A DNA stretch of 64,000 nt from positions 1-64,000 of the forward strand of contig CAVPSJ010000004.1 of the NCBI GenBank assembly GCA_963708295.1, read 5' to 3'. Positions 40,161 through 49,157 of the stretch are shown piece after piece. Source of the DNA: an uncultured delta proteobacterium. GTDB lineage: Bacteria > Desulfobacterota > BSN033 > UBA1163. Position 1 is the stretch's first letter, and the number at the start of each line of letters is the position of its first letter. The notes beneath the pieces were generated by a model. That model made no database searches and had not been told where the DNA came from. It was given only the letters and a program-made list of their open reading frames with translations. Position numbers and translations under genes: made by a program.

Positions 40161-40718
40161 TCAATAATCGATCCCCGGTTGGGGCTCGATCCCTTTTCTG
40201 TAAGCATGCTTAATTTCATTAATTTCGCTCACCGTATCCGCAAGTTCGATGACTTGAGGATGAGCGTCTCTTCCAGTTAAAACGAGATGCATCGCGGCAG
40301 GTTTTTGCCGGATGACCTCCAATACCTGCTCCAGGTCCACCAGGTGCAAGGAAAGGGCATTATTGATTTCGTCAAGGATAAGGATATCAAACTGTCCCGA
40401 CTCCATCTTCTGGCGGGCTAATCGGATTGCCTCCTGGGCGTTTTCCCGATGCTCTTTATAGGGGTAGGGATTCCCTTGAATACCGCAAAACCCTTTCCCC
40501 GTTGAAATCAGCTCGACCTGACAGTTCATCTTCTTAATGCCGTCCCATTCACCCGCATAGATGTCGCCCTTCATAAATTGAATCATTGAAGTCTTTAAAT
40601 TGTGGCCGCAGGCCCGTACCATAATCCCGAGAGCAGTCGTCGTCTTCCCCTTTCCGCTGCCGGTGATGACTACCACCAATCCCTTCGGAACTTTAGGAAT
40701 CAATCTTGTTATCTCCAC
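40161..40718 (-). CDS. cobO: Cob(I)yrinic acid a,c-diamide adenosyltransferase
   Basis: TGSGKGKTTTALG, QFMKG, LDEIN, LTGR, GIDY. Confidence 0.93.
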   Translation of the reverse strand: MEITRLIPKVPKGLVVVITGSGKGKTTTALGIMVRACGHNLKTSMIQFMKGDIYAGEWDGIKKMNCQVELISTGKGFCGIQGNPYPYKEHRENAQEAIRLARQKMESGQFDILILDEINNALSLHLVDLEQVLEVIRQKPAAMHLVLTGRDAHPQVIELADTVSEINEIKHAYRKGIEPQPGIDY

Positions 40719-40977
40719 CGCTTCACCCTCCTCTCATTTAAGAATAGCCCAGTTTGATTGCCTTTTCACGCGATTTCTTAGACGAACCATCTCCTCGCCT
40801 TCTTATTTCTTTCCTCTTCGGACAGGCGGGTTACATTCCTTCTTGTTGATCTCTTGGCCGGGCGACCCTCCGAGGCCGGCTTCATTTTCGACCGTTCGGG
40901 TGTTGTTGAGTTAAAGAGCACCGGGGCCTCGAACAAAAACTTATTTACAATTTAAATTTCCTCTCCGCTGCTGTAGA

Positions 40978-41586
40978 ATGAATAGATCAACCCAAGCCAT
41001 GGAGGGCGTTTTGAAAACCGACCAGAAAAGGTGGGACAAACGATTCGGGAGGAAAGAATTCGCTCTCGGGAGAAAACCGAACCCTTTTCTGAAAAGAGTT
41101 ATCCACCTCCTTCCCAAGGGAAAAGCGCTCGATATGGCGACGGGCGAAGGAAGAAATGCAGTCTTTCTGGCTCAACATGGGTTTGAGGTGGATGCCGTGG
41201 ATATCTCTGAGAAGGGGCTGAAGAAAGCCGGAAAATTAGCTCGAGAAACAGGAGTCAAGGTGAACGCCCTTCTCGTTGACCTCGATGATTATCAGATTGA
41301 AAAAGACCGGTACGATCTCATTGCTAACTTCTATTTTCTCAAGCGCCGTCTCATCCCAAGAATCAAAAAAGGACTTAAGAAAGGAGGAAAGGTCATTTTT
41401 GAGACTTACCTCCTTGAACACAGAAAGCTGGCCGCAGGAGGGCCCAGGCAAGCGAAATATTTCTTAAAACCGAACGAACTTCTCAGGTTCTTTAAAGACT
41501 TCCGAATCCTGTTTTATCGCGAAGGAGTCTTCAGGGAGGGTGGAAGAAGAAAAGCGGTGGCAAGTCTGATTGCTGAAAAAATCTAA
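40978..41586 (+). CDS. Class I SAM-dependent methyltransferase (TehB-like)
   Basis: ALDMATGEGRNAVFLA, AVDIS, LKPNELL. Confidence 0.9.
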   Translation: MNRSTQAMEGVLKTDQKRWDKRFGRKEFALGRKPNPFLKRVIHLLPKGKALDMATGEGRNAVFLAQHGFEVDAVDISEKGLKKAGKLARETGVKVNALLVDLDDYQIEKDRYDLIANFYFLKRRLIPRIKKGLKKGGKVIFETYLLEHRKLAAGGPRQAKYFLKPNELLRFFKDFRILFYREGVFREGGRRKAVASLIAEKI

Positions 41587-41590
41587 AAAA

Positions 41591-41692
41591 GGGCTCGAGG
41601 ACTCGAAGGTTCACGGCCCTCGTAAGAAAATCAGGATTGACCTCTGATTGAGTTATTCCCCTTCATCCCCTAAACCTTGGCCCCTTGATCCC
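41591..41692. repeat. Intergenic 7-8-mer inverted-unit element between convergent genes
   Basis: gggctcgaggactcgaaggttc...ccctaaaccttggccccttgatccc; similar units at 17878-17894. Confidence 0.45.
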
Positions 41693-42010
41693 TCAGCTGA
41701 TAAATCCCAATCCCCAGTAAACCAGCATTCCTAAGATCACCGACGCCCAAAGACGCTTTACCTTCCAGGAAAAGATAAAGACAGAAACGGCAGAAACAAG
41801 ATAAAGAGGCTGAATGGCAACCTTCGCTCCTTCATTGAAGAATAGGATTGGGAAAACGATTGCGCTCAAGATGGCCGTCGGGAGATAACCTAATCCCATC
41901 TTAACCTTTTCTGGGATAACCCATCGGGTCAACAAAGCCATCGGCAGGAAACGGGGTAAAAAGGTTACGACTGCCATTCCAAAAATAATCGCCAACATCT
42001 CTTCTCTCAT
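41693..42010 (-). CDS. azlD: AzlD family protein
   Basis: GMAVVTFLPRFLP, YLPTAILSA. Confidence 0.88.
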   Translation of the reverse strand: MREEMLAIIFGMAVVTFLPRFLPMALLTRWVIPEKVKMGLGYLPTAILSAIVFPILFFNEGAKVAIQPLYLVSAVSVFIFSWKVKRLWASVILGMLVYWGLGFIS

Positions 42011-42101
42011 ATATCCATCCTGTTTCTAATGATCTTCCTTTGGACTTCGAACTCTTATTATTTTCTTATGGTTTTTCTTTGAGCTTTGAGCTTGCTTTCC
42101 A

Positions 42102-42818
42102 TCACCTCCTTACTGTCGGGCCCTTTTTTTCCTTTTCGTTTAAGATCTCAATCACCATGCCCACTCCTCCGGCAAGAAGAGCAGCCAAAAAGATGTACCA
42201 GTTGCCCTGCAACGCCCATTTGAAGAAAAGAGAGGAAACTCCCGCAACGACCATGATCCCGAAATGACGAACGCTCTTGAGTTGAAACACCAGAAGGCAG
42301 ATGAAGAGGGACGGAAGGGCAAAAGCAAGACCATATTGCGAAATTTTGATGAAAGGACCAAATAGAGCGCCCCCGATAGATCCGATCACCCAGGCGAGAT
42401 GAGAAGTGATTTGGAGCCCGAAGAGGTAAAATGGATTATTTCTCACCTTGGGGAGATTGGAAATGGCCACAGCAAAGGACTCATCTGTCAATTGTGCTGA
42501 AAGGAAGCCCAGGAGAGAAAGACGAGTGTTCTTAAAATAAAGGGAGAGGTTAGAACTCATGAGAAGATGTCTTAAGTTTACAAAAAAGGTAGCCCATACG
42601 ATGGGAAGCCAGGTCATCCCCTTGAAAATCATTTCGATGGCAAGAAATTGACTTGCTCCAGCGTAGACGAGGAGACTCATCAAGCCGGCTTCGGATGGAG
42701 TCATGCCGGCATTTCGAGCCAATAAGCCAAAAGCCACCCCTACCGGGAGGTATCCTAAAACCACGGGGAGGGCATCTTGCACCCCTTCTCTGAATCGGCC
42801 GTTATTCGTCATGAACAA
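42102..42818 (-). CDS. azlC: AzlC branched-chain amino acid exporter
   Basis: YAGASQF, NLRHLLM, LTDESFA. Confidence 0.92.
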   Translation of the reverse strand: MFMTNNGRFREGVQDALPVVLGYLPVGVAFGLLARNAGMTPSEAGLMSLLVYAGASQFLAIEMIFKGMTWLPIVWATFFVNLRHLLMSSNLSLYFKNTRLSLLGFLSAQLTDESFAVAISNLPKVRNNPFYLFGLQITSHLAWVIGSIGGALFGPFIKISQYGLAFALPSLFICLLVFQLKSVRHFGIMVVAGVSSLFFKWALQGNWYIFLAALLAGGVGMVIEILNEKEKKGPTVRR

Positions 42819-42836
42819 ACCCTGATTCCTTACGAA

Positions 42837-44189
42837 TCAACCTGATGGCTTCGGGGGATTAAAGTTCTCTCTGGTCCGGTTGAAATAGCCAAATTGGAGG
42901 GAAGGAAATTCCTTTTTGAGAACATCGACCATCTTAGCGATACCCATTCCTTCGCCTCTTCCCATGGTCTTGAGATAGAGGTCTGGATCAATATTGAGGT
43001 TTCGCATTTGGATGAGGTCAAGGTTTGTTTCCCTAATCAGCCCTATCAATCCTTCCACTTCATCCTCTCTGTCTGTGAACCCTGGGAACACAAGGAGATT
43101 AATCGAGGTATAAATCCTTTTTTCTTTCGCCAGGACCAGGGAACCCATCACTTCCTCAAAGGAATACCCCTTCGGTCTGTGATAGCGCTTGTAAAACTTC
43201 ATATGAGGACTGTTGAGCGTGACACGAACGCTGTCGAGCCCCGCTTCGCAAAGCTTTGCCAGCCGTTTTGGAAAACTCCCATTCGTATTGAGGTTGATCG
43301 TTCCCCGGTCCGTTCTTTCTCGAAGGAGAAGGATCGTATCTTCCAAAAGCCTCCATTGGGTCAATGGTTCTCCTTCACAACCCTGACCAAAACTGACAAT
43401 TGCATCCTTCGCTTTATCCAGATGGGAAAAGGCAACGCCTAGAACTTCGCCCACGGTTGGAACAAACCGAATCCTCTCTTGCGAGGCTGGGCAGCATTCC
43501 GAAGGCTGTAAGGAAATACATCCCAAACAATCTGCGTTGCACGAAGGGGAGGTCGGCAACGGGCATTCCCAACGTCGAAAAAAAACATTTTTTGCCGCAA
43601 AACAGTGATATTCCAAAGCACATCTGGAAAGTTGTCGAAGAAGGCGATTTCTCGGATCCTTTCTCAGAAAAATGCGAACCTTTCTTTTTAAAAGGGAGTC
43701 GTTCTGAAAATATTTCGGATCCCAATGAGGATTGCGGTCAATGAATAATCCTGTTGCCCAAAATTTTCCGTCCATCCAGCCCACCGCACTATAAGCCCAG
43801 AGCGGAAGCGTGGGCGCTTTTGGTTTCAGTTGGGTGGCAGGGAGGAGGGTCCGGATATATCCGGGCGGGAGGAAAGCCGCCACCGCTGTACACGCGACTT
43901 CTTCCTCCCCCAATCTGACTTTTCTCGAAGAGACAAAAGATCTTTTCTCTTCATCCCACCCGATTGGAATTCTTCCGGGTAAGGTAAAGAGTTGACTCCC
44001 TTGAGGCAGAGGGACTAATTCGGATCGAGGGGGTAGGAGAAACCGATTTCCGGATCGACCTGAAAGCTTGAGAGACGGATGATCAAAGATATTCCCTTCA
44101 GGGTCTGATAAGATGAGCCTGGGGTATTCAAAATCGGCCATCGTGGGTTTGCTGCAAACGAAATTTGAAAATTCGTGAGTGATGGTCAC
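42837..44189 (-). CDS. Radical SAM protein (start may be 44141)
   Basis: CNADCLGC, SFGQGCEGEP, NLNTNGS. Confidence 0.88.
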   Translation of the reverse strand: MTITHEFSNFVCSKPTMADFEYPRLILSDPEGNIFDHPSLKLSGRSGNRFLLPPRSELVPLPQGSQLFTLPGRIPIGWDEEKRSFVSSRKVRLGEEEVACTAVAAFLPPGYIRTLLPATQLKPKAPTLPLWAYSAVGWMDGKFWATGLFIDRNPHWDPKYFQNDSLLKRKVRIFLRKDPRNRLLRQLSRCALEYHCFAAKNVFFRRWECPLPTSPSCNADCLGCISLQPSECCPASQERIRFVPTVGEVLGVAFSHLDKAKDAIVSFGQGCEGEPLTQWRLLEDTILLLRERTDRGTINLNTNGSFPKRLAKLCEAGLDSVRVTLNSPHMKFYKRYHRPKGYSFEEVMGSLVLAKEKRIYTSINLLVFPGFTDREDEVEGLIGLIRETNLDLIQMRNLNIDPDLYLKTMGRGEGMGIAKMVDVLKKEFPSLQFGYFNRTRENFNPPKPSG

Positions 44190-44296
44190 GAACCACGGCT
44201 GTGCGCCCTGCTTTCATCCCGCAAGGCGGGGCTTCGCGCAGGCAGGCAAGGCGCCACAGCGTGCACGCACGGACACGAGTCACGTTACTATTTTGG

Positions 44297-44401
44297 TCAG
44301 GTTGGATATTTTCTTTCTCCTTTAGACTTACTCAAGGAATGCTTAACATTTTTCCGTTTCAAAGCTGCCTTCAAACGATTGGTTTTCTTCCGTCTCTTCA
44401 T
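44297..44401 (-). CDS. Small highly basic protein (34 aa)
   Basis: GGAGGAG RBS; MKRRKKTNRLKAALKRKNVKHSLSKSKGERKYPT*. Confidence 0.55.
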   Translation of the reverse strand: MKRRKKTNRLKAALKRKNVKHSLSKSKGERKYPT

Positions 44402-44462
44402 GTTCTCCTCCACCCGTGCCCTCACCCTCCCTCTCCCACAACGGGAAAGGGGGCGGGGGAAT

Positions 44463-44874
44463 TATTTGACCAGCCAGATTCCCGAGACAATCAGTGCCGT
44501 GTCGACCACTCTGGGAAGGGTAACCCCTTCCTTGAGAACCAGAACGCTTAGAAGGGCGGTGACCAGAGGGTAGCAGGCTGCGATAGGAACAATGTTGGAG
44601 GTGCCTCCATTTTCAAGGCGCCATAATAAGTCGACATGCCAAGAAAGCCGGCCATCACGCCGCTTGCGCCGAAGAGTAAAATACTCCTCCCGTCTGATTC
44701 AATCAAGGCCTCTCCTTTTCCCGACAGAAAGGTGACCAAAAGAAGGCCCATCATAACGACCGCGCTCCGAATGGTAACGCCGATCAACGGGTCTACTTTT
44801 GCCAAATCTATTTTTCCAAAAATAGGGGTCGCCCCCCATAGCAACGTTGTGACGATCAACAAAAAGACGACCAG
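44463..44874 (-). CDS. EamA-family small transporter (frameshift near 44600; start codon unclear)
   Basis: LLWGATPIFGK..YYGALK, then YPLVTALLSVLVLKEGVT..GTALIVSGIWLVK*. Confidence 0.75.
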
Positions 44875-44878
44875 ATTC

Positions 44879-45748
44879 TTATCCCCCCGATTGAGGCCGA
44901 TTTCGAAGAGCCTTAATATCTTCTACGATGGAGTATGGAAGTTTCATTTCTCCCCTCCCTACCCCGATATCCAACTCGTTTTTTTCGATTCCATGATAAT
45001 CCGTCCCCCCTGTCGCCAGGAGCTTGTATCGGTCGGCAAGGGTTTTATACTGGACCACTTCCGTCGAAGAATGCTCGGGATAGTAGACCTCAATCCCCTG
45101 AAGTCCCTCGTCGACGAGTTGAGCGATGACTTTCTCCAATTCGGAGGACCTGCCCACTCCGAGAGTATTGGGATGGGCGAGGACCGCCACCCCTCGAGCT
45201 TCACGAATGAAATGCAGAGCCTCTTTCGATGTAAACCTGAATTTGTCCACATAAGCTGGGGCCCCCTTTTTCAGAAAGCGATCAAAAGCTTCTTGGAAGC
45301 TCTTGATAACCTTCTTTTCCAAAAGCACATTGGCAAAATGAGGTCGCCCAACCTGTCCCCCTCCAGAAGCTTTCAGCACCTCTTCGTAAGTAATCCTGAT
45401 TCCTAACTGATTTAGTTTCGCAACCATCTTCGGATTTCTCTCCGCCCTCGCCTTTTGAAGATACTCCAATCTCTCGTTGAGGAGAGGATGATGTATATCA
45501 AGACAAAAACCAAGGATATGCATGGAACCGGGTGAATATTCAGCGCTAATTTCGATTCCTGGGATCACTTCGAAACCGATTCGCCCTCCTTCTAATAACC
45601 CTTCCTCACATCCGTCAATAGTATCATGGTCCGTGATGGCAATGGCCTGAAGCCCTTTCGCTTTCGCATATCTCACGATCTCAGCCGGGCCCAGCACTCC
45701 GTCGGATGCTGTTGTATGAAGGTGCAAATCCACGTATCCCATAATCAT
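44879..45748 (-). CDS. PHP-domain phosphoesterase (TrpH/YciV-like)
   Basis: DLHLHTTASDG, ITDHDT, GRPH, LAHP, GGTDYHG. Confidence 0.93.
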   Translation of the reverse strand: MIMGYVDLHLHTTASDGVLGPAEIVRYAKAKGLQAIAITDHDTIDGCEEGLLEGGRIGFEVIPGIEISAEYSPGSMHILGFCLDIHHPLLNERLEYLQKARAERNPKMVAKLNQLGIRITYEEVLKASGGGQVGRPHFANVLLEKKVIKSFQEAFDRFLKKGAPAYVDKFRFTSKEALHFIREARGVAVLAHPNTLGVGRSSELEKVIAQLVDEGLQGIEVYYPEHSSTEVVQYKTLADRYKLLATGGTDYHGIEKNELDIGVGRGEMKLPYSIVEDIKALRNRPQSGG

Positions 45749-46110
45749 CCTTTCAATGCTCTGTAAAGAAAGGGAAAAAGAGGAATGATCTACATCTAAA
45801 TTTTATAAGAGATGCTCCCCCCAAAGTCAACCCTTCCATGTACTGCCCTATAGAGCGAAACTTGATCAGGGTTGCCCTTAAGCGGCACCTCCTTGTTCCC
45901 CCTTTGTAGTGAAGGCGGACGCCGCGGAATAGCCAGAATCAAAAGGTTTTACTCCTGTTTTCTTACATTGCCCGGTCTTATGAATCACTCTTAATGAACT
46001 TACTTTTCTTCACGTAAGGGCTTAGAATTAATCCTATATGAATACAGGTGTATTTAGGTATTTATTTATAACTATGCGAAATAAAACTACAATTTAATGA
46101 AAAATAATGC

Positions 46111-46139
46111 TTGACAAAGCCTGATCGTTTTAATATATT
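46111..46139 (+). promoter_or_regulatory. Sigma-70 promoter of the sigma factor gene
   Basis: TTGACA-N17-TATATT, with an AT-rich upstream element. Confidence 0.7.
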
Positions 46140-46223
46140 AGTATAAGAGATACGAAAAATAAAGCAAGTTGGGGGTCCATTCGGCAGCCAGGGTCTTTGG
46201 GTAAAACAAGAATGAATAAATTC

Positions 46224-46259
46224 ACCCTTTCCATGGACAAAGAATGGAGAGGGTTTTTT
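46224..46259 (+). terminator. Intrinsic terminator inside the 5' leader of the sigma factor gene
   Basis: ACCCTTTCCAT-N9-ATGGAGAGGGT followed by TTTTT, about 28 nt before the GTG start. Confidence 0.65.
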
Positions 46260-46286
46260 GTTAAGATAAGAAAGGGGTAAACGTCT

Positions 46287-47591
46287 GTGAAAAATAATAA
46301 GGCAATAAACAAAAGCAGGGAGGATTTAGTCCTTGAGCCTATTCGATCGTCACCTCTTTTTACTGAACCCCCAACCTCTATTCCACCCATTCAATCCACG
46401 CCCTACATAGAGGCTGAAGTAGAAGGAGCCGCAGAGGATTTTGATCTCCAAGCAGACGAGGCGGAATTAGCGGCTGAGGAAGAGGAAGAAATTGCACCTG
46501 AGCCGGTTGCCCAGGAAGAGACCATCTTTCAACCTCAGGATATCACATGGGAATACTTAAAAGGTCTCGAGAAAATATCTCTTCTTACGCCGGAGAAAGA
46601 AGTCGAACTGGCAAAGAGGATCAAGGAGGGCGAGCGTCAGGTCAAGATTCTGGAGGCGAAGGCTAGTCGACTAAAAGCCCAGCTATACCCCCTTCCGATC
46701 CCAAGAAATGGAAGTAAACGGGCTCAACCCCATACCCGGCAAGGATATAAATTGAGGGGAAAGAACGGAAAGAATGGAAAAAAAATAAAACCTAATCCTT
46801 CTGAGATGAGAGAGAAGCAACTTACTTACAAGAAGATGCTGAATCAATATCAACGGGCAGTTCTCGATCTTCAGCAGGCAAAGAATGAATTGATCCAGGC
46901 CAATCTCCGCCTGGTCGTCAGCATCGCAAAACGCTATGCGAATCGGGGGCTCTCGTTTCTGGATTTGATCCAGGAGGGAAACCTTGGTTTGATCCAGGCT
47001 ATGGTCAAGTTCGATTATACGAAGGGCTTCAAGTTCAGCACTTATGCTTCCTGGTGGATCAGGGCGGCTATTTTGCGGGCTTTTGCGGAGAAATCGAGAA
47101 CGATCCGAATTCCCAACTATCTTTTTGAGATCAAAGGAAAGTTGATGAAATCTTTTAAAGATCTCGTCAAAAAACTGGGGCGCGAACCCACTTCCCAGGA
47201 ATTATCAAAGGATAGCGGAATTCCCTTGCACGATGTCGAGAAGATTCTGAATCTGATCGAAGAACCGATCTCCCTCGATATGTCTATTGGGGAAGAGGAT
47301 AGTACACTGGAAGACCTGATCCCCGATGAAAAGAGCCTCTCGCCCAGTGACTCTCTGTTGGAAAAGGATTTGACTCATCAAATCCAGAAGCTTCTATCCG
47401 GCCTTTCTCCGAGAGAAGAGAAGATTCTCCGACTCCGTTTCGGCATCGGAGAGGATGGGGAATGTACCCTTGAAGAAATCGGTAGGCAGTTTGGCCTCAG
47501 TCGAGAGAGAATTCGACAGATCGAAGCCAAAGCACTCGATCGTTTGAGGGATCCCAAACGCTATAAGGAAATCAAGGAATATTTCGAGTGA
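46287..47591 (+). CDS. RpoD/RpoS-family (group 2-like) sigma-70 factor
   Basis: ANLRLVVSIAKRY, DLIQEGNLGL, KFSTYASWWIR, TLEEIG..SRERIRQIE; no region 1.1. Confidence 0.93.
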   Translation: MKNNKAINKSREDLVLEPIRSSPLFTEPPTSIPPIQSTPYIEAEVEGAAEDFDLQADEAELAAEEEEEIAPEPVAQEETIFQPQDITWEYLKGLEKISLLTPEKEVELAKRIKEGERQVKILEAKASRLKAQLYPLPIPRNGSKRAQPHTRQGYKLRGKNGKNGKKIKPNPSEMREKQLTYKKMLNQYQRAVLDLQQAKNELIQANLRLVVSIAKRYANRGLSFLDLIQEGNLGLIQAMVKFDYTKGFKFSTYASWWIRAAILRAFAEKSRTIRIPNYLFEIKGKLMKSFKDLVKKLGREPTSQELSKDSGIPLHDVEKILNLIEEPISLDMSIGEEDSTLEDLIPDEKSLSPSDSLLEKDLTHQIQKLLSGLSPREEKILRLRFGIGEDGECTLEEIGRQFGLSRERIRQIEAKALDRLRDPKRYKEIKEYFE

Positions 47592-47612
47592 TTCTTTGAA
47601 TAGGATACAAAG

Positions 47613-47649
47613 AAAGGGCGCTTCTTGTTTGACAGAAGCGCCCTTTTTT
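47613..47649. terminator. Bidirectional terminator between the sigma factor and ferredoxin genes
   Basis: aaagggcgcttct/agaagcgcccttt stem with a T tract. Confidence 0.8.
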
Positions 47650-47667
47650 GTTCGTGTTTCCGGAGAT

Positions 47668-47856
47668 TCATTCCTCTATCTGGATGGCTTCTACCGGACA
47701 ATTTTCAGCAGCCTCTTTACATGTCTCCAGGGCGCTCTCAGGTACCTCGCTCACCTTCACCTGAGCCTTATCATCATTCATTTCAAAAACTTCCGGACAA
47801 GTTTCTGCACAAAGTCCACACCCAATACAGGTTTCTTCATCTACCGTTGCTCTCAT
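47668..47856 (-). CDS. Monocluster ferredoxin
   Basis: CIGCGLCAETCP..AAENCPVEAI. Confidence 0.92.
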   Translation of the reverse strand: MRATVDEETCIGCGLCAETCPEVFEMNDDKAQVKVSEVPESALETCKEAAENCPVEAIQIEE

Positions 47857-48144
47857 GAACACTTCTCCTTTCCTTTTCTTCCTTCACTCTATTATTCATA
47901 ATCACTTTCTTGAAATCAAGTCATTTTTCTAAATTTATCGTAGAGATATCCAAAAAGCAAGATCATTCCCATCCATTTGACGATAGGGACAATCACCTTT
48001 GCCCAACTGATGCGGCGGCTGCTTTTTCGTAAGTGGCTCCAAATCCGCCGCCGAAAGACGGGAATCGCTCGGGAGAGAAAGGCATTATTTACAGTGTCAC
48101 CCGCCCAAGAAGTTGGTACGATTCAACAGTATAAAGGGGAATTT

Positions 48145-48438
48145 ATGAAAACGGAAATCAGCCTCCTTGACCTGGATGATGAAGAGATGGACGGAAATAT
48201 CTCGGTCATCCTTTACGGGAGAACCTCTGATCATAAGAGGGTAGTCGTGGTAGATCCGACTTACGAGCCTTATTTTTACGTCCTTCCCAAGAATCCGAAC
48301 CAGGCCAGAAAAGAAGTTGCGGCTACCCTTAAAAAGAGCAACATGAAGGTCAAAAGGATTGAAGGGGTAAAGAAAATACTTCTCGGGGAGGAGAGAGAAC
48401 AAACCTCTTCCCGGGAAAACCCCGCGCAACTACAGTGA
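48145..48438 (+). pseudogene. N-terminal fragment of an archaeal-type family B DNA polymerase
   Basis: LLDLD..DG..VILYGRT..KRVVVVDPTYEPYFYVLP..IEGVKK..LG, followed by an abrupt end. Confidence 0.6.
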
Positions 48439-48477
48439 CATCAGCGTACGCAATATCATAGAGACAACCAACCACTA

Positions 48478-48546
48478 AATCCCGTCCCCCCTTTACAAAA
48501 GGGAGCAATTACCCCCTCTTTGGCAAAGAGGGGCGAGGGGAGATTT
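48478..48546. repeat. REP-like double hairpin
   Basis: ccccctttacaaaaggga and cccctctttggcaaagagggg-cgaggggagattt. Confidence 0.65.
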
Positions 48547-48612
48547 CCTGAAACATATGTCTTCTTTATTTATGGACTCCCCGGTAGTCTCAGAACGAAA
48601 TATCCCCTGGAG

Positions 48613-48975
48613 CTAAGGCACCTTCATATCGAATTGATGACATTCGTTACAGAAATTCGCAGAGGCCTTGTGAGCGTGGTGACACTTTCCGCAATCAACC
48701 TCCCCCAAATGCGAGTCATGAGGATTCGGGTCGAGTTTATTTGTTTTATCCGCCACCTTCGGGTAATCTCCATGACACCCCAGGCAGACCGCCCTAGGAA
48801 CATCTTGCTTCGGCGGGCTTTCCATGTGGCAGCCTGAACAGTCCGTTCCCCTGTTCTTGTGTTTTTCTGCCAGGAAAAGGCCCTCGGCGGCCGAGGTCGG
48901 ACAGGAAGGCGAGAAGACGGAAGCCCCCGAGAACCATAAGAAAGCCATCGAATACATCAAAGTCCTCAATTTCAT
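48613..48975 (-). CDS. Tetraheme cytochrome c subunit of flavocytochrome c
   Basis: Signal peptide; CSGCH, CLGCH, CGKCH, CNECH; NPHDSH. Confidence 0.93.
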   Translation of the reverse strand: MKLRTLMYSMAFLWFSGASVFSPSCPTSAAEGLFLAEKHKNRGTDCSGCHMESPPKQDVPRAVCLGCHGDYPKVADKTNKLDPNPHDSHLGEVDCGKCHHAHKASANFCNECHQFDMKVP

Positions 48976-49157
48976 TTGAATTTCAATGTGACAAAAAAAC
49001 CGCCATGACTCGGCGGGACGCTGGAGAAAACCTTCGCTTTAAGAGTACTTCAACCGGCAAATCCGGAATCTTACCCGGCTGTTGGCCGGGCGCCTCTGAA
49101 GAGAAGGCGGGCTGGGGTAACCAGCCCGCCCGTACTCCATCTCATCCAGGAGCGATG

